From Tubulanus polymorphus (Eukaryota > Animalia > Nemertea): 64,000 bases of DNA. The stretch is taken from NCBI RefSeq assembly GCF_964204645.1, contig NC_134025.1:17893101-17957100 (forward strand), in the 5' to 3' direction. Shown piece by piece: positions 23,405 through 34,961 of the stretch. How positions within the stretch are numbered: position 1 is the first letter of the stretch; every line of letters begins with the position of its first letter. The notes below the pieces were generated by a model, which worked only from the letters and a program-made list of their open reading frames with translations, was not told the DNA's origin and made no database searches. A program made the position numbers and the translations under genes.

Positions 23405-23555
23405 ATTTTTTTGGATTAATGGGAACCCAGAATTGAATGTTCCATCATCTGTTGATAAATCATAAACATAGTCAGTTGGGTTATATATTTCAAATAAATC
23501 TTTAACTTCTTCTGTTAATTCTTTTTCTATATGCCTTAAATTAAAACAATTTGGA
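23405..23555 (-). mobile_element. C-terminal fragment of a Pol-c intein (blocks F/G)
   Basis: Minus-strand translation ...YNPTDYVYDLSTDDGTFNSGFPLIQKN|TDSYIL; Asn|Thr junction at 23405/23404. Confidence 0.85.
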
Positions 23556-25806
23556 AATTTTATATTAACAGAAGTAGAAAATGATGATAAAACTAATTGG
23601 GAAAGCGCAATTATGAGTTTAGAAGATGATGCTCCAATTGGTTATTTCTTTGTAATTGATTTAGAATATCCTAATGATGATATAAAATTAAAATATAAAA
23701 ACTTACCATATTGCCCAGAACATTAAGCCGTAGATGATAGTTATCTAAATGAATACCAGAAAAAAATAAAACTGAACGACCATGTTTTTACAGAAAAATT
23801 GATATTAACACAAAATAATGAATGTAATAATATTGTTCATTATAGAATATTAAGATTTTATCTAAAACAAGGAATGAAATTAAAGAAAGTACATAGAAAT
23901 ATTGAATTTAATCAATCGAAGTGGTCCGAAAAATATATAGATTTCAATACTCAACAGAAAACAATATCTAAAACAGATTTTGAAAAAGATTTTTTTTAAA
24001 TAAATGAATAATAGTTTTTATGGAAACATGTGAACATATTAGAAATAGAAATGATATTGAATTAGTAAGTAATTCTGAACGATTGAGACATTTACAATCG
24101 AGTCCTGGACACTTAGGAAATAAAAGATTTGAAGATTATTCAACAGCAGAACAATTAAAAAGAACGTCAATGAAATCTAATAAACCAATATTCATTGGTT
24201 CAACTGTTTTAGAAATATCAAAATTATTAATGTACGATTTTTATTATAATGTTTTACAACCACTTTTTGGGGAAAAGCATATAGAAATCTTATATTTTGA
24301 TTCTGTAATAGCTGATACTCCAATATTATTAAAATACAATAATGAAATGTTAATTAAAAGAATTTCAGAAATAATTCCTAAACAAAATGAACTTTATATT
24401 TCGTATGGTGAAAAAGAATTAATATAAATTAATGAATAAATGGATGGACAAAAAATGAATGGGAAAAATTAAAGAATATAATGAGACATAAAACAAATAG
24501 GAAAATCTATAGAGTTAGAACTAAATTACGGTTTGTAGATGTTACTGAAGATCATAGTTTAATTAAACAAAATCGTGATAAAACCAACTGATATAGAAAT
24601 TGGAGATGAATTATTACATAAAAAATTCTATTCAAGAATGAATCATATGTCATTTGATGAAATAATTAATAATATCTGTAACATTAGAAGAAAAAGAATA
24701 TTTTATCAAAGGATTCTTTATGGGAGATGGTTCAGCAGGTGTTTATAAATATGTTAATTGCACAAAATATTGTTGGTATTTATGTAATCAAGATTTGAAA
24801 TTATTAGGAAGAATTAAAAAATACTGTGAAGAAGTTTATTCACACAAAGTTTTTAAAATCATAGATATTATGAAATCATCAGCAGTTTATAGAATATATG
24901 TAAATAATCCTAAAGATTTAGCAATTAAATATAATGATGAATTCTATATTCACGCAATAGTAAAAAGCAATACTTCAACAAAATAAAAGGTAGTCCCAGA
25001 TTATGTATTAAATGCAAAATATAATTCAAGAAAATGGTTCTTCGTTGGATTCTACGCAGCAGATGGTTTAAAAAAATATACAAAAACAAAAACTTTCATT
25101 TGCTCAAAAAATAAAAGTTGCTATATCAGGATTGATTAAATATTTTATGCAATTCAGTAGGTTTTAATATGAATATTGGATTAATTAAATCTAAACCGAA
25201 AATATTTAAATTAAGGTATGTTGAAAAAGAATTAACTGAAGAAGTTAGAGATTCATTTGAAATATATAACCCAACAGATGATGTATATGATTCAACGACT
25301 GAAGATGGTACATTTAATTGTGGATTTCCATTAGTTTGCTTAAATACAGATGCTTACATACTAAATCAAGACAAAATCAAGACAAATAACATATCAAAAG
25401 ACTTAAAAACATTAAAACATCATTTTGACTTTAGCAATTATCCAAAAGATCATGAATTATTTAGCAACGATAATACAAAAATTCCTGGATAGTTTAAAGA
25501 TGAATCAGGGAGTGATGAAATGATTGAATTTGTTGGGATAAGAAGCAAAATGTATAGTTATAGAACTAAAGATCATGAAGCTAAAAAGTTAAAAGGAATA
25601 ACAAAGCATGTGGTGGATGAACATATAGAATTTCAAGATTATATTAAGTGTTTATATAAATCAATAGTAATGAAACATAAAATGAATTGTTTAAGATCAG
25701 AAGATCACGAGATGTACATTAATGAATTTGAAAAAAACTAGCTTAAATTCGATGATAAAAGATATATTTTGGATGATGGAATAAAAACATAACATAACGG
25801 TTATTA
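23551..25806 (+). pseudogene. polB: pPolB 3' half containing an intein
   Basis: YFFVIDLEYP, FEKDFF, KPIFIGSTVLEISKLLMYDFYY, EILYFD|intein|TDAYIL, GIRSKMYSY; multiple stops and frameshifts. Confidence 0.9.
24302..25345 (+). mobile_element. Intein with LAGLIDADG homing endonuclease at the Pol-c site (degraded)
   Basis: 1044-nt insertion between D and T of YFD|TD. Block A SVIADTPILL, block B VDVTEDHSLI (24535-24564), LAGLIDADG blocks GFFMGDGS (~24711) and GFYAADG (~25047), block F VYDSTTEDGTF, block G LVCLN|T. Confidence 0.9.
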
Positions 25807-27117
25807 AAACCGTATCAATATCATCATACTCGAAATCACTATTGGCTTCTTCATTTTCATCTAATTGTTTTTCTATAATTTCTTTAGGTTCCGTCACTTC
25901 ATTTTTCTCATTTAAATAAAATTCTATATTATTCAACATTTCATCTCGCTCTTTTTGTTTCTTTTTCTTTGTTAATTCATCAAATGGAATTATAATATCG
26001 ATGTTTAAATAATTTACAATGTTATTTCAAAAGAATTCATAATTTATTGAATCTGTTATTTCATCATCCGCACAATATTTTAATATTTTTATGAATGTTT
26101 CTTTTGTATTTTTCAAATCTTCTTTTGTTAATTTAGGTTTTTTATAATAATCGTTAAATAATAAATATAAATACATTTTCTTTCCTTTTGTGTCACATGT
26201 TAATGGCATAATTTTTTTTATTATATCTTTCTTAGTTATTTCACCATTTTTATTTTCTGTCATTTTCATTTTTTCAAGCAATTGCATATATTCTAGTGTT
26301 TGATCTTCTGTAGAAAATATTTTAAAGATTTCATCTAGATATTTTAGTTTTGGTTCTATTAGAAAATCTCTAGTTTTTCCATCAGCCCATAAATTTCTAT
26401 GCCATCCACATTCATTACAAAATATCATAGAATCTTCTTGTTTTAGATACTCGTAAATACATTGTGGGAATTTTTTTCTATCATATCTTGGCAATAGATG
26501 TTCATTAAGTTCTTGGTATTTACTTACGTTTACTTATGTTTTATTGTTTTATTATGTAGATTTGAATTGCTTGTTGTAATATTCAATATTAACAATAATA
26601 TGTTTTTCTTACTAATTCATTATATTGTTTTTCTAAATTTTCAAGTGTTTCTTTATTATCTGGTAACGTTTTCTCATATTTTATTTTTTCCAACATATTA
26701 TTTTTTCTTTCATTTAATTCTGCTTCAAATTTATAAGAAATTTTATTTAAATGTACTTCATTTAATTGGTGTTTCTCCCAATCTTCTATATTTTCAGGAC
26801 TAAATTTTATTCGACAATGCTCACAGAAATGATTCTTTGTATTATTCTTGTCATAAAATAAAAAAGGTCTTTCCCAAATAGGTTCAACTTCAACCGAATT
26901 ATTAAAACTCTCGTTACTATCAACATTAACTATTAAGTCATTAAATTTACACGTCTCTGAATGTTTTTAAAAATAATTTCTAGAGAATGTTTTATTACAA
27001 TTTGGACAGTTAAATTTTAGGGGGTTTATAATTTTCATCATGTTTTTTCATATGTCGAGCCATATTACCTTTTCTGTCAAGTTCACCACAAATTTCACAT
27101 TCTATCTTCTCGTCCAT
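25790..27117 (-). pseudogene. Multi-zinc-finger protein of B-plus (decayed)
   Basis: Start MDEKIECEICGEL; collinear with 21639-22931. Confidence 0.75.
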
Positions 27118-29236
27118 TTATTAAGGAAAAATTGTATTAAAATTAATTTTTAGTGGTTCGAGGTAATTTTTTTTGTGTAATAGATAATGGTTGAATTAAA
27201 AGAATATAGAATATTTGTTGATTCTAGAAAACTGTTAAATTATAAATCACATAATTTACTAATTAAATTAGATAAAGAATTTAAAAATTGTGTAGATTTA
27301 AAATAAGTAAATATAAGTTTATGTAATTCTTTTTATAATATATCGGATAAAATTATTGATCATAGATTGTATATGGTTCAGGAAAAAAATAAAAGGTATC
27401 ATCTATATCGAAAAGCAGGGTTATAGACGGACGCCGGGCGCCACAGGCGCCCGGAGGACGTCCGTTTGGTAAACGCGTATATGTGGATACTACGAAGTGT
27501 CTTCTTAACCGATTCTGACTAGCTGACAAAGTCAGGAAAAAATGACGCCACTTGACGTCCGAGTTGAATCTCATGGGGGAAATCGGAAGTAGAATTACGT
27601 CACGCTAAAATCCGGCAGCGAAATAACAGATAAAATCCGGCAACTTTTGGATCAGGTGATTTCAGAATGTATTAATTTTTTGATATTTAGAACAAGATTG
27701 GGTTGTTGAATAGTTTAACAATGAACTGCGTTCATGGAACGAGTTGAAAATAGCTGAAATTCCCTTATGTAACAAAATTTCAGGAGTCATTATTACGTCA
27801 GTTTGTGTCGGTATTTAGTTGTACTGTGGGCCTCGCGGGCGTATTCTGAGTTGCCTTTCTTTTCGGAGTCATGAGAAAAATCGAGTTAGTTGATAATGCG
27901 ATTTGTACCCATTCTTACCCATTCCCCTGTTGCCTCGGGTCGGATTTGGAGGGTGTTGATTGGTTGAGTTTAGTATCGTTTAGTATCAAGCACCCCGGAC
28001 CGGATGCCACGTGCGAGTTGTTTATGAATGTGACGTCACCCTGTCAATCACTTCCGGGTCATCCCTTGTCACGCTCCGGATAATCGTCGTTTTCCCTTTG
28101 TAATTAAATTAGAGTCACCTGATATTTCCCGAATAGGTAATCGTGAATATTTTATAGTTCTGAAGTGCATGAGAACGTTTATGAAGAAATCCGGAGTGGA
28201 AATTAGCTGTGAGCGTTTTATCCGGGTTCGAAGCGCGCGCCAGTTGCCGAGACCGGCTTCTACGCGCCCTTCCCTCCCTTCCCGTTCAAAGGAAAGAATT
28301 TTTCTGCCGGTTTCTATTATTTTATCTATTAACCTCAGAAAGAAGCTTTCAGGAAATGTTTACTTGAAAGGAATCGGTGAAGAAACGAAGATTTTAGAGC
28401 CGTTTGAAAGTTCGAACCGAGCACAGTCATTCATGCGGCGCGAAATCAACAAAAAGCGTGGCGCGACACTCCGGGGTCGGCAATCTCTCCATAAAAGGTG
28501 TGCGATTCGCCGACTCGACGACAGTCTTCTCTCGACCGTTGAGGGGTTAAGTAGAAGAGTAGTTGCAGCAAGATGTAAGTGGTTGAGTTTCGTTGTGTGT
28601 TCGCCCTGCCGGGCTGTGGCGCTGTATGGGCGCGTTATTAGTTGAAGGGCCTGTAATACGTACGCGTCGTAGTTGAGTCGTCCGTACCTTTGTGTATATA
28701 GTAAAACAAGTCCCCAACACTTTTCCGAGGGGATGTGTGTCCCTAGGAAGTCGTATTTTAACGTTCAACGCCCTATGATACGGGAATAAGTGGATAAATA
28801 AAAGTTATACATGCAATGTTAATGTGTCGGGACCCGAGGCGAGTTAGTCGTATCGCTCGGACGTTAGTGCGTATACCCGCGTGTAGTAGTAGGCCTAGCA
28901 GTATGTCTGGTCGTTCGTATACAGATGATGTTCAAGGTTGTGGGCCGACAATAAAGTTTGGTTGAATTGAATTGGTGTAGAGAAGCGCTAGTGTGATGGT
29001 GTAAAGTCCCGGGTGTTGTCATGTACACGCGTATAAGTTATATTTTGTGGAGGGAGGCGACCTCGTTTAATAGTGTGTAATAAATTTATGTTCCCGTGAC
29101 GTTTTGTATGACGAACCTTGAGTCGCGTGCTTCGCGAAAGTTTCGGTGTGGGATAATTAAGTCCGTGTATATATAAAAGAGTTATTTCCTTCTTTCTCAC
29201 TGATACGCCCCCGCTGAGCTGATGGGAGCGACAGTA

Positions 29237-32200
29237 CACTGAAAAAAATTTTTTACTGCTGAATATCGCGGTAAATTTACTAATATTCACGAGATGTTCT
29301 GCATAAACATAAATATTTGGTATAAATACATTTTTTATAGTAAATTAGATTAATAAAATTACATAAATTACTATTTTCGTGGTAAAATAACCGAAATAAA
29401 AAAATTCTGATTACTGCAAGAAACGCCAATAGTTATCGCAATACGAATATTCAGAACGTCTATTGTTGTATAGAAATATCTCGATTAATTTATTATTGAT
29501 TCGACTGGTTGTCGATTCTATTCTTAATTGATGGGATTCGAACTCAATATTCGCGTGTGATGACACATGCGGCGCGGAAGTTGGAAGTTTTTTTGTAGCA
29601 CGGAACGAGAAGAAAACTCAACGCGTGAACGATCTAACGTTGAAATATAGAATTGGTAATATCATTCCGGGTAAGTACGGTTTATCTTTCGAAATGCAAG
29701 TATTAGTAACAGATAAGAACACCGACCAATGTCATTTTAGTTAAGGAAATTGGGGACCGAAACTTTTTATTTAGCAGAGGCCGGCTAAAAAAACACATTT
29801 TTTCGCTACAACATTCCTATTATGTCTATGGTTTCTTTGCAGGCCTATAGGCCTATGAGGATTGATAATATATTCCCTTTGGATGCTTAAGTCGACTCTT
29901 TTCTTGAGTTGAATGACAAAATGATTATTATTGTCTACTGCGGGATTCGACCCTAACTAATTGAACTATGGACTAATACTTAGTTTCGGTTACACAGACA
30001 CTTTTTTCATGAGCGATATTATCAAGGTCGTTGATGCATGTATATTTTACTTCCTGGTTTGTCAAGGAGTGCACGAAAGAAGGTTTGTGTAACTATTGCT
30101 TTACAATAGAACTTTTTAAATTGAAACAAATACTTTCAGAGTAAGATATACCTGGCAGTCTGGTGAACTTGCCTGGTAAATCAATCAATCAAATTAGGGG
30201 TTTTAATACGAATTGTTGGCTGTTCTTTAACCAAGTCCAAAAAAGTGCACGATCAATCACCTGAGGTGAGGCTGTTCTGTTCACTGTTTAGTTTCACAAA
30301 CAAGTTCACAACTCGTAAATCGAATTAGGATAATTGAATTAACGAATAATTTAAATCTATTGAAGAGTTAAACCTTGTTGTAAAACTGGACCCTTGAGAC
30401 TGGTTATAAACTTGTCGCCAATTAGGTCATTGGATTCTAAGGTGAACTTATATGGTGACTGAGTATGGTGGGAATTTTCACCTGCTCAAAAAGAATTCCC
30501 AAATTCAAACACTTGGTTATGATTTTAAATATTAGGCCTATTCCTATTTTCTGATGTTTATATTTATTTTATATAGGCCTGTATCGCTCAATACTGGACT
30601 AGGAGTCGATCTTCTACTGTAGATATGTATTCTTGCCGTGATTGCCAGTTTTCATCTAATTCAACTAAGTTTTATGTGGACCATTGTATGCTACATAAAA
30701 GTCTGCCTAACTTTAAGTTCAGTTGTGGTGTTGAAGGATGTACAAGAACATTTGCATTGCATTCTACATGAACATAAACAGCATGTTCGAGCAATATTGA
30801 AGGAAGTTCAAACTCATGTTGATGACGTGAAAAACATCACTCCACAAGTGGATGCAGTATTGCCATTGTTGGTTGCGTATTTTGGTGAAACACTCTCAGA
30901 TATCATCAGGGTATACGGTGTAAGTAACAATTTTGTTAAACATGAGGGAAAAACTATTTTTTAAGGGAAATTTTTGTCTAATACCTCCTAATTCGTGCAT
31001 TTATAATGTTGGTGTATTAAATGGGCAAGGACGAATCCCAGCTGAAAATCTGTATTTCTAATCTGTATACTATCTAAGACTTGGTAGTGGTGTTGCTTCC
31101 TTATAACTATGATTAGATTAGACAATTTTACCGGCTAACAAAGCTAATTGCTATGATCTTTTTTCAGGAATTGTGTCTCTACCATATGAATGTAAAACTC
31201 ATTTCAGATACAATGTTTTTTTGTTTAGATTGATGGAAACAGGGAGAGAATTGGTCAGGACAGAAGCCAACCAATGACGCCATTTGTTGCTGTTATTGGT
31301 AGGTTACATAAAAGATAATTTTAAAAACCCTCCAACTAAAACTTGTTTTATATGGTACAATTTGTTTTATATTGGAGAAATTTGCTCGCAAACTTTAGAA
31401 TGAATAATTTCAAAAATGTCTGTAGTTTTTGGCCAAAATGCTATCATAATTAGTTTTTTTCAAATACATACACAATTTTTTATTAAATACACTCATACCA
31501 TGTAATGTTTTTATTTTCAGGTAACAGCAAATTATTCCAGTGGTTTGTTCTACGTCGTTGTTGACGGTGTCATAGTTAATGATCACATCGAGAAGCTGTC
31601 AGATGCCATAAAATGTCATTTGCCCTTTATTTCGTGCTCAATATTGAATATCCGCGCACAATCAGCAAAACATAAGACTTGTCCAGCGCTACATTCAGAA
31701 GATTGAACCAGACAATAACATACAACCAACCTCTTATAATTGTTTGACTTCTGTCTACATAATCTGAAGGTGTCTTACCAAGTCAAAAGTTTAGTCAATT
31801 TTAAGAGACCCAAAGGAGTCTTACCAAGTTAAGTTTAGTAAATTTTAAGAGATCCAAAGAAGTCTTAAAGAAGTTAAAATTTTAGTAAGTAAGATTGATG
31901 GACTAAGTGTCTCCATTGGATAATGGCTGTTTATATATACTTCATACTTGAACAATTACTATATTAAAAATTGATGAAGTTAGGTAGCATTAGTTGAGTT
32001 GTTTAATTTAATTTCTATTTTGAAATTAAATATGTGATTCAATATGAAAAATAGTAGTTTTGTTCCCATTTGTGATTATTTGCTACTTATTTCATTTCCA
32101 TTCGTGTTGATGTTAAACGAGCTAAAGGGATTGTGTTTTTAAATACATGCATTAATTGAATGTGAATACAGTATCATGATCTTGTCGAGTCACTGAGTTG

Positions 32201-32820
32201 AAAAATATAGATCAAAGGCTTGTAACCAATATAGCCTTGCACTAAGATAAACATAGGCGCAATTAGTGTTAACTAAAGATACTTGACACATACATGTATT
32301 TTATGGAAAAATATAGACAGATATAATTTATAAAGATTTTATTTCAATTTTGACTTAATGCTGATGGTAAATTCAGATTTTTCAATTCGGATGAAATATT
32401 TGGTCCTTTTAACCTGGAACCATATAAATTATTATTCAATTCGGATTTTTCCTAATTCGGAGAAATCTGTGCGGTCCCTAGTCATCCGAATTAACTGAGT
32501 TCTTCTAAGCCGAGTAAATTTATTCTATTCAAGTTGTATTGGCATCAATTTTGACTCTAATATTTTAGTAAATTTACAATAATATTTGGTTCAGTGTTTT
32601 GATAATTTGGTAAAATCACTACTAAATATTGGTATTTTATGCCAGATACTTTACCAAATGCTTGGTAATAATACCACTAGCTTTAGATAAATATATCGTT
32701 AAGTTACTAAAAGGAAAAAGTATTTACATTGAACCAGAAGCTAGTATTTTTACTAAAATATTTGGTCAACTTTGCTGCCAATATTTTTTTGGTAAATTTA
32801 CCAATATATTTTTTACAGTG
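29237..32820 (+). mobile_element. CACTA/EnSpm-type non-autonomous transposon
   Basis: Termini CACTGAAAAAAAT...ATTTTTTACAGTG with TA on both flanks (29235-29236, 32821-32822); repeated subterminal GTAAATTTAC motifs. Confidence 0.8.
30722..31720 (+). pseudogene. Remnant exons of an EnSpm accessory gene
   Basis: Exon-like VLPLLVAYFGE.. and YVVVDG...YFVLNIEYPRTI..VQRY, resembling the C-terminus of animal CACTA second ORFs; AG/GT borders. Confidence 0.5.
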
Positions 32821-34961
32821 TAGAGTGTCAACGTAGATAGAGCTGCGTCGCCGTAGTGGAAGAATACGTCAGAGAACAGTTATAGTCGATTAGCCCGTTA
32901 TTACGTACAGTGTATTTCTAATGAAAATAAAGTGTACATCGATTCATTTTCCTTTAAACATGTGGTCATTTAGGTAGATTTTGGTTGTTTGTGGCTTATA
33001 TGTGCGAGTACCCCTGAATTGTGATTGAGCAGGTGTGTTGCGGACTCGGCAGTAGAGGATCATCGGATAAGGCCCCGAGGTCCTTCGAGGTACGATGCAG
33101 CGTTCGTCGGCTTTGTATCCTGTGGCGTTGGACATACTGTCACGCTGGCAGGAGGGATGAGTGACGAGGCTTGAGTCCCTTATAGAATGAGATAGGGCGA
33201 TTCCAGGTCTGGAGTAAGCGCGCGCTGGTTACCGCGTATCATGTTCGGGTTGAGTGGCCAATAACCCTAGGCGTGATGCTGTGTGTGGTAACTTTTCTCA
33301 TCTCAAGCCGTGGGAGTTCCGGGAGCCGCACACCTGAGTGTAGTCGGGGATTTTCGCAATTCTTTAAAGCCACTTCAGTCATCGGAATGTTGAGCACTAT
33401 ATATTTTCCTGTGGAGGTACAACTACCCCTTCTTAACTATACTCACCATATAGTTATGTGGACGCAGGAGGACTCTTGTAACGTCGCCTATATTGCCTAA
33501 AACATTTACCTTTACCAGATTGTTGTACAATACCGATTATCGTTACCGGAGATGAGATACATCTCTCGGTTATTCGTATAAGAGGTGAGGATACATTCGT
33601 AAGAGGAGAGGAGACATTCGTAAAAGTAGAGGATTCGTCAGTATAACTCCAACGATCGTCCAGAAAACACGAACTATACATAACATATATACATGTATAA
33701 ATTTTAGATATCACGTGTCTTTTACGAAGAACTTGTTACATCAATTATTACAAGCACATGTCACATGTACATACACACTAGGTAAAATGCATAGAGCGAG
33801 TAGAACGTTACACTTAGCAACGGGAGCGAATTCAAAATAACAAAGCGCGAAGCAGTCAATCCCAAGCCACGGCACTAAAGAAACGTTTATTTCATAAAAT
33901 CTTTATGACCATAAAACTGCGGTTAGAGATGCGTTAGAGTCGTACGATTTACTCAAAATTCACGGCAGCGCGCGGCCCGCATCGCATATCGGCACAGCAG
34001 CAACATCGCGGTCGGCAAAAACTAATCTCCGTCCCTTCTTTCACCAAATAAGGAATTCGGTACCGCTGGCCACGTGCACTGTTTATTTTGAGCCTTAGAT
34101 TCCCGGTACTTGATATTCCCGGAGGATCACAAACAAATAAATATTTTTCGCTAGAGAAATCAATTTTTGTATTGACATTTTCCTGCTGTATTTAATTCGA
34201 CTTTTTCTTGCAGATTTTTCCGATTGATGTTGACGCGTTCCATTTACCGTAATTGAAAAATTCGTAGTAATCTTCTCGTCTTTCTATTATCAAATGGAGC
34301 TAATTTCTAAATTAACAACCAGGTCAAAATTCTCCAATCTTGCAAAAATACCGCACCGGTATCAGCTTCACCATGTCCATAGTACATTGTGGTTTTACAA
34401 AGTTTAAACCATAACAAATTCTTCATACATTTTAGTAAATCGAAGTAGTAATCTTTTAGCAGACAGTGGTAAACAGACCTAGGTTATCTTTAATTATACA
34501 AGAAATGTTTCAAGTTTTTTTCTTGCAGAAAATTTAATTTCATTTGATCTGTTTCCTAATAATTTTCTAATCTTATGAGCCCAAACTTCAGAAATGAATC
34601 AAAACTTAGAGTTACAGTTTTATCTTCTTTCCATCCAACCCTTACCTCTGTGCCATAAGTTTCCAATTTTCTAAGTTTTAACTAAACATTGATTTAATTT
34701 CTTCATTGATTTAATGCTTTGGGCCCAAATCTAGTACGATTTCAATATGAAACAAAATTGGAGTTATTTTCTTTCCAGTTTCATTGACAACATTAAATGT
34801 GTTCCTTACTAAAGTCACCGACAATATTTTGAGTGTTTTCGTTACACCCGTATACGTGAATGAGGTTGTTTTTGGTCAATTGCTATAAGCTTATGATTTC
34901 TAGCTATGAAAAATTTAATCAAGCATTGACCGTGGCGTCCGTCACTAAGATTTCATCTATT

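Larger units (their letters stand above)
19785..23555 (-). mobile_element. Polinton subfamily B fragment (B-minus)
   Basis: Gene order as in A1 read on the minus strand: pPolB 3' end, penton, hypothetical, 73-aa, 137-aa. A Zn-finger gene replaces the 117-aa ORF. No termini. Confidence 0.9.
27421..34961. mobile_element. Helentron/HINE-like non-autonomous element with nested insertions
   Basis: Interrupts the B-plus penton at GGGTTATA|TAATTTAG. Subterminal inverted motif GACGGACGCC (27427) / GGCGTCCGTC (34935), a GC-rich hairpin at 27427-27474, no clear TSD. Confidence 0.5.

Noticed and set aside
24302-25345. Group I intron or spliceosomal intron as the explanation for the pPolB insertion
   Set aside because: No GT-AG or group I boundaries. 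The insertion begins and ends in frame with Ser and Asn|Thr and contains protein-splicing blocks A, B, F and G.
27353-29290. Short ORFs (70-158 aa) in the GC-richer nested insert
   Set aside because: No recognisable motifs, overlapping on both strands; consistent with chance ORFs.
28029-33740. LTR retrotransposon or solo LTR (TGTGAC/TGTAAC...GTTACA)
   Set aside because: No matching TSD, no paired LTRs, and no PBS or gag/pol remnants that I could identify.
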